From the NCBI GenBank assembly GCA_001593935.1, contig LUCE01000002.1:45772-69771 (forward strand): a DNA stretch of 24,000 nucleotides, read 5' to 3'. The stretch is from Candidatus Bathyarchaeota archaeon B26-2. Its GTDB lineage: Archaea; Thermoproteota; Bathyarchaeia; Bathyarchaeales; B26-1. Made by a program: the position numbers and the translations under genes. The notes under the pieces are model-generated. The model was given only the letters and a program-made list of their open reading frames with translations, did no database searches and was not told the origin of the DNA. The stretch's first letter is position 1. Each line of letters starts with the position of its first letter. Below are positions 21,499 through 24,000 of this stretch, in pieces.

Positions 21499-23966
21499 CC
21501 AAAAAGAAGCTAAGAATAGCTTTAGCCGGAAACGCCAACGTTGGAAAATCCCTAACCGGAGACTCTGAGGTTATCATCTATCACGAGGGAAAGTGGAAGA
21601 TAGCTCAATTACGAGAGATAGTTGAGCACTCTCTACGCCGCCGACCGGCCGCAAGATACGGGGAGACAGAGATCTCCACACCGAACAATCTCTTCACAAT
21701 ATCACTAGATCCAAAGACGATGAAGGCTGTGAAGGCCAGAGTCTCGAAGGTTCTACGCCACAGAGAGACCCGACGCTTGGTACGGATAAGGACAAAGTCA
21801 GGCCGCGTATTGACCGCCACCAAGGACCATAACTTCATCGTTATGGCGGACGGCGAGCTAAGGGGCTTGGAAGGCGAACACCTATCCTTGGGGGACCGCG
21901 TCCCCGTGGCCGACGGACCGACGCCACCTACTCTGGAAAGACTTGCCTCCATAAACATCTCTTGGGACGTCATAGAGGAGATCGAAGAGGTAGACCCCCA
22001 AGATGGATACGTGTACGACTTGGCCGTTGAAGGTTACGAGAACTTCATGTTGGCCAACGGGCTCTTCGTTCACAACAGCGTGATCTTCAACCAGCTGACT
22101 GGTCTCCATCAACATATCGGGAACTGGCCGGGTAAAACCGTTGAAAAGGCTGAGGGAACCCTCCACTTCAAGGGTTACGAGATCGACATCATAGACCTGC
22201 CGGGCATATACTCTCTCTCAACATTTTCCTTGGAGGAGCTCATCTCGAGAGAGTACATCGCCGTCGAGAGACCTGACCTGGTCATAAACGTCGTAGACGC
22301 CTCGGTTCTAGAGAGGAACCTCTTCTTCACTCTACAGCTGATGGAGCTGGAGACCCCCATGGTGATCGCGCTGAACCAGATGGACGTCGCCGCCAAGAAA
22401 GGGATAAAGATCGACTGCCAAAGACTTGAGGAGCTCCTAAAGGTACCCGTCATTCCGACAGTAGCAATAACCGGGAGAGGAATCTACCAGCTACTGGAGA
22501 GGTCGATCGAGGTCATCGAGAGAGGAGGAATAAAACCCCCACGGATAGAGTACGGAAGAGAGATCGAGAAGAGGATCGAGAAGCTAACAGACTTAGTCAA
22601 GGAGGTTGGGTTCAAGTATCCAGCCCGATGGACCGCCATAAAGCTCTTGGAGGGAGACAGAGAGGTCGAGAGGGAGATCCAGAGGGTTAAACCGGAGATC
22701 ATCCGGACTGCGAGGAGACTCTCCAAGGAGATCGAGAGAATACACGGGCATCCATGTCCAACAGTAATAACTTCTGAACGATACGAGGTTGCCGGTCGAA
22801 TCGTTAGAGAGGCTCAACGGATAGTCGCCCCGATAAGGCCGAGCCTAAGCGAGAGGATACACGCAATCACAACGCACAGGGTTCTCGGCTACTTGGTGAT
22901 GAGCCTTGTCCTGCTCGCGGTCTTCTACGCGATCTTCTCTTTCGGAGACTACACTTCAGGATTACTTGGAGACCTCCTCTACGGGTTGGAACATCCCTTT
23001 AGGACGATCTTCGGGAACGGGTTACTTGGAGACCTCCTCTGGGGAGGAGTCATGGAGGGGCTTATAGCAGGAGTGACGATAGTACTGCCCTACATCGTCC
23101 CTTTCTACCTGATACTCTACATGCTGGAAGACTCAGGCTACTTGAGTAGGATAGCCTTCCTCACCGACTCAATTATGCACAGAATGGGACTCCACGGTAA
23201 AGCATTCATCCCCATAATGTTGGCTTACGGTTGCAATGTTCCAGCGTGCCTCAGCTGCCGGATTATGGAGACTCAGAGGGAACGCCTCTTAGCGGCCTTC
23301 GTCGTAACTCTCGTGCCGTGCGCCGCAGTGACGGTTATAGTACTTGGGCTCGTCGGGAAGTTTGTCGGTATGAACTGGGCTCTGACGCTATACATAATCA
23401 ACATAGCCCTTGTCTTCGCTCTTGGGAGGATGGCCTTCAAGACCTTACCGGGTGAACCCACATCTCTCATCATGGAGATGAGCGAGTATAGGATGCCCCA
23501 CCTCAAGACCGTCCTGAAGCAGACATGGTTTAGGCTGGAAGAGTATATCAAGATGGCCTTCCCGCTAATAATTGTCAGCAGCTTCGTGATTAAGACTATA
23601 GAGGTTCTCGGCCTCCTCGATCTATCTCAAGCCGTGCTCAGCCCCATAACCACGGTTTGGCTTGGACTACCCCCAGAGGTCGGAGTCACCTTGATCTTCG
23701 GAATCCTGAGGAAAGAGCTCATGTTGATAATGCTTGCAGCCCTCCTCGGGACAACAGACTTCGGAAACGTTCTAACACCCACACAGATGATAGTCTTCAC
23801 CCTAGTCGCGATGCTCTACATACCATGCATAGCAACGATAGCCGCCCTCGTAAAGGAATTCGGCTGGAGAAAAGCCCTCCTCATCACAGTCTTCGAGATA
23901 CTCTTCGCGATCTCGGTGGGAGGAATAGCGTTTAGACTACTCAGCCTTATAAATCCCCCTTACTAA
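21495..23966 (+). CDS. feoB: ferrous iron transporter FeoB (GTPase + permease), interrupted by an in-frame mini-intein in the G1/P-loop
   Basis: The G1 motif GNANVGK/S is split. G3 is DLPG and G4 is NQMD. The membrane domain has LEDSGYLSRIAFLTDSIMHRMGLHGKAFIPIMLAYGCNVPA and a second gate region. After removal of residues 19-194 the protein is about 647 aa, a normal size for FeoB. Confidence 0.9.
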   Translation: MTKKKLRIALAGNANVGKSLTGDSEVIIYHEGKWKIAQLREIVEHSLRRRPAARYGETEISTPNNLFTISLDPKTMKAVKARVSKVLRHRETRRLVRIRTKSGRVLTATKDHNFIVMADGELRGLEGEHLSLGDRVPVADGPTPPTLERLASINISWDVIEEIEEVDPQDGYVYDLAVEGYENFMLANGLFVHNSVIFNQLTGLHQHIGNWPGKTVEKAEGTLHFKGYEIDIIDLPGIYSLSTFSLEELISREYIAVERPDLVINVVDASVLERNLFFTLQLMELETPMVIALNQMDVAAKKGIKIDCQRLEELLKVPVIPTVAITGRGIYQLLERSIEVIERGGIKPPRIEYGREIEKRIEKLTDLVKEVGFKYPARWTAIKLLEGDREVEREIQRVKPEIIRTARRLSKEIERIHGHPCPTVITSERYEVAGRIVREAQRIVAPIRPSLSERIHAITTHRVLGYLVMSLVLLAVFYAIFSFGDYTSGLLGDLLYGLEHPFRTIFGNGLLGDLLWGGVMEGLIAGVTIVLPYIVPFYLILYMLEDSGYLSRIAFLTDSIMHRMGLHGKAFIPIMLAYGCNVPACLSCRIMETQRERLLAAFVVTLVPCAAVTVIVLGLVGKFVGMNWALTLYIINIALVFALGRMAFKTLPGEPTSLIMEMSEYRMPHLKTVLKQTWFRLEEYIKMAFPLIIVSSFVIKTIEVLGLLDLSQAVLSPITTVWLGLPPEVGVTLIFGILRKELMLIMLAALLGTTDFGNVLTPTQMIVFTLVAMLYIPCIATIAALVKEFGWRKALLITVFEILFAISVGGIAFRLLSLINPPY
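21549..22076 (+). mobile_element. mini-intein (176 aa, no homing-endonuclease domain) inserted in the feoB P-loop
   Basis: Block A is SLTGDSEVIIY, with Ser1. Block B is TATKDHNF (T-x-x-H). Block F is VYDLAVEGYENFMLANG. Block G is LFVHN followed by +1 Ser. Joining the exteins gives GNANVGK+SVIFNQLTG, which is a canonical FeoB G1 motif. Confidence 0.85.
22962..23040 (+). repeat. exact 19-nt direct repeat spaced 60 nt apart inside feoB
   Basis: TTACTTGGAGACCTCCTCT occurs at 22962-22980 and again at 23022-23040. Each copy encodes LLGDLL. Confidence 0.6.
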
Positions 23967-24000
23967 CTGAAGATACATCTGAACGAACCATCTTAGACCT

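Noticed and set aside
22561-22584. Tandem GATCGAGAAG repeats in feoB
   Set aside because: This is low-complexity Glu/Ile/Lys/Arg coding (EIEKRIEKL) in the helical domain, expected from thermophile composition rather than a structured repeat element.

Overview
The window looks like a densely packed archaeal chromosome segment, probably from a thermophilic, TACK or Thermoprotei-like lineage. That placement is an inference from the archaeal-type AsnRS, A/T-rich TATA-like boxes about 25 nt upstream of genes, heavy AGG/AGA arginine usage, Glu/Arg/Lys/Val-rich proteins and an intein. About 20 genes are present, mostly central and cofactor metabolism. They are: a glycogen debranching enzyme (5'-truncated), PfkA-type phosphofructokinase, asnS, an orphan membrane protein, a Gfo/Idh/MocA-DUF362 fusion, a small TIGR04076-like protein, a TANGO2/NRDE-like domain fused to CoaBC, nicotinamidase, a GH38 alpha-mannosidase-like protein, divergent pyrI/pyrB, two BioB/LipA-like radical SAM genes flanking a 556-aa orphan, a solitary ECF S-component-like protein, a frame-split TlpA-like thioredoxin with ccdA, a DtxR/MntR-family regulator, and feoA-feoB. 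I saw no CRISPR array, transposase, rRNA or convincing tRNA. The points most worth a second look are listed here. (1) An uninterrupted ORF fuses a TANGO2/NRDE-family domain with an N-terminal Cys to the complete CoA-pathway enzyme CoaBC. (2) A 176-aa mini-intein splits the P-loop of the FeoB GTPase. (3) A pair of radical SAM genes, possibly LipS1/LipS2-type lipoyl synthase, brackets a large uncharacterised protein. (4) A membrane-anchored thioredoxin has its anchor and its Trx domain in different reading frames, and the junction is CTT-TAG. (5) TTAGG..CCTAA palindromes resembling DtxR/IdeR operators cluster around the regulator gene and upstream of feoAB. All functional calls rest on motif recognition by eye, because no searches could be run.
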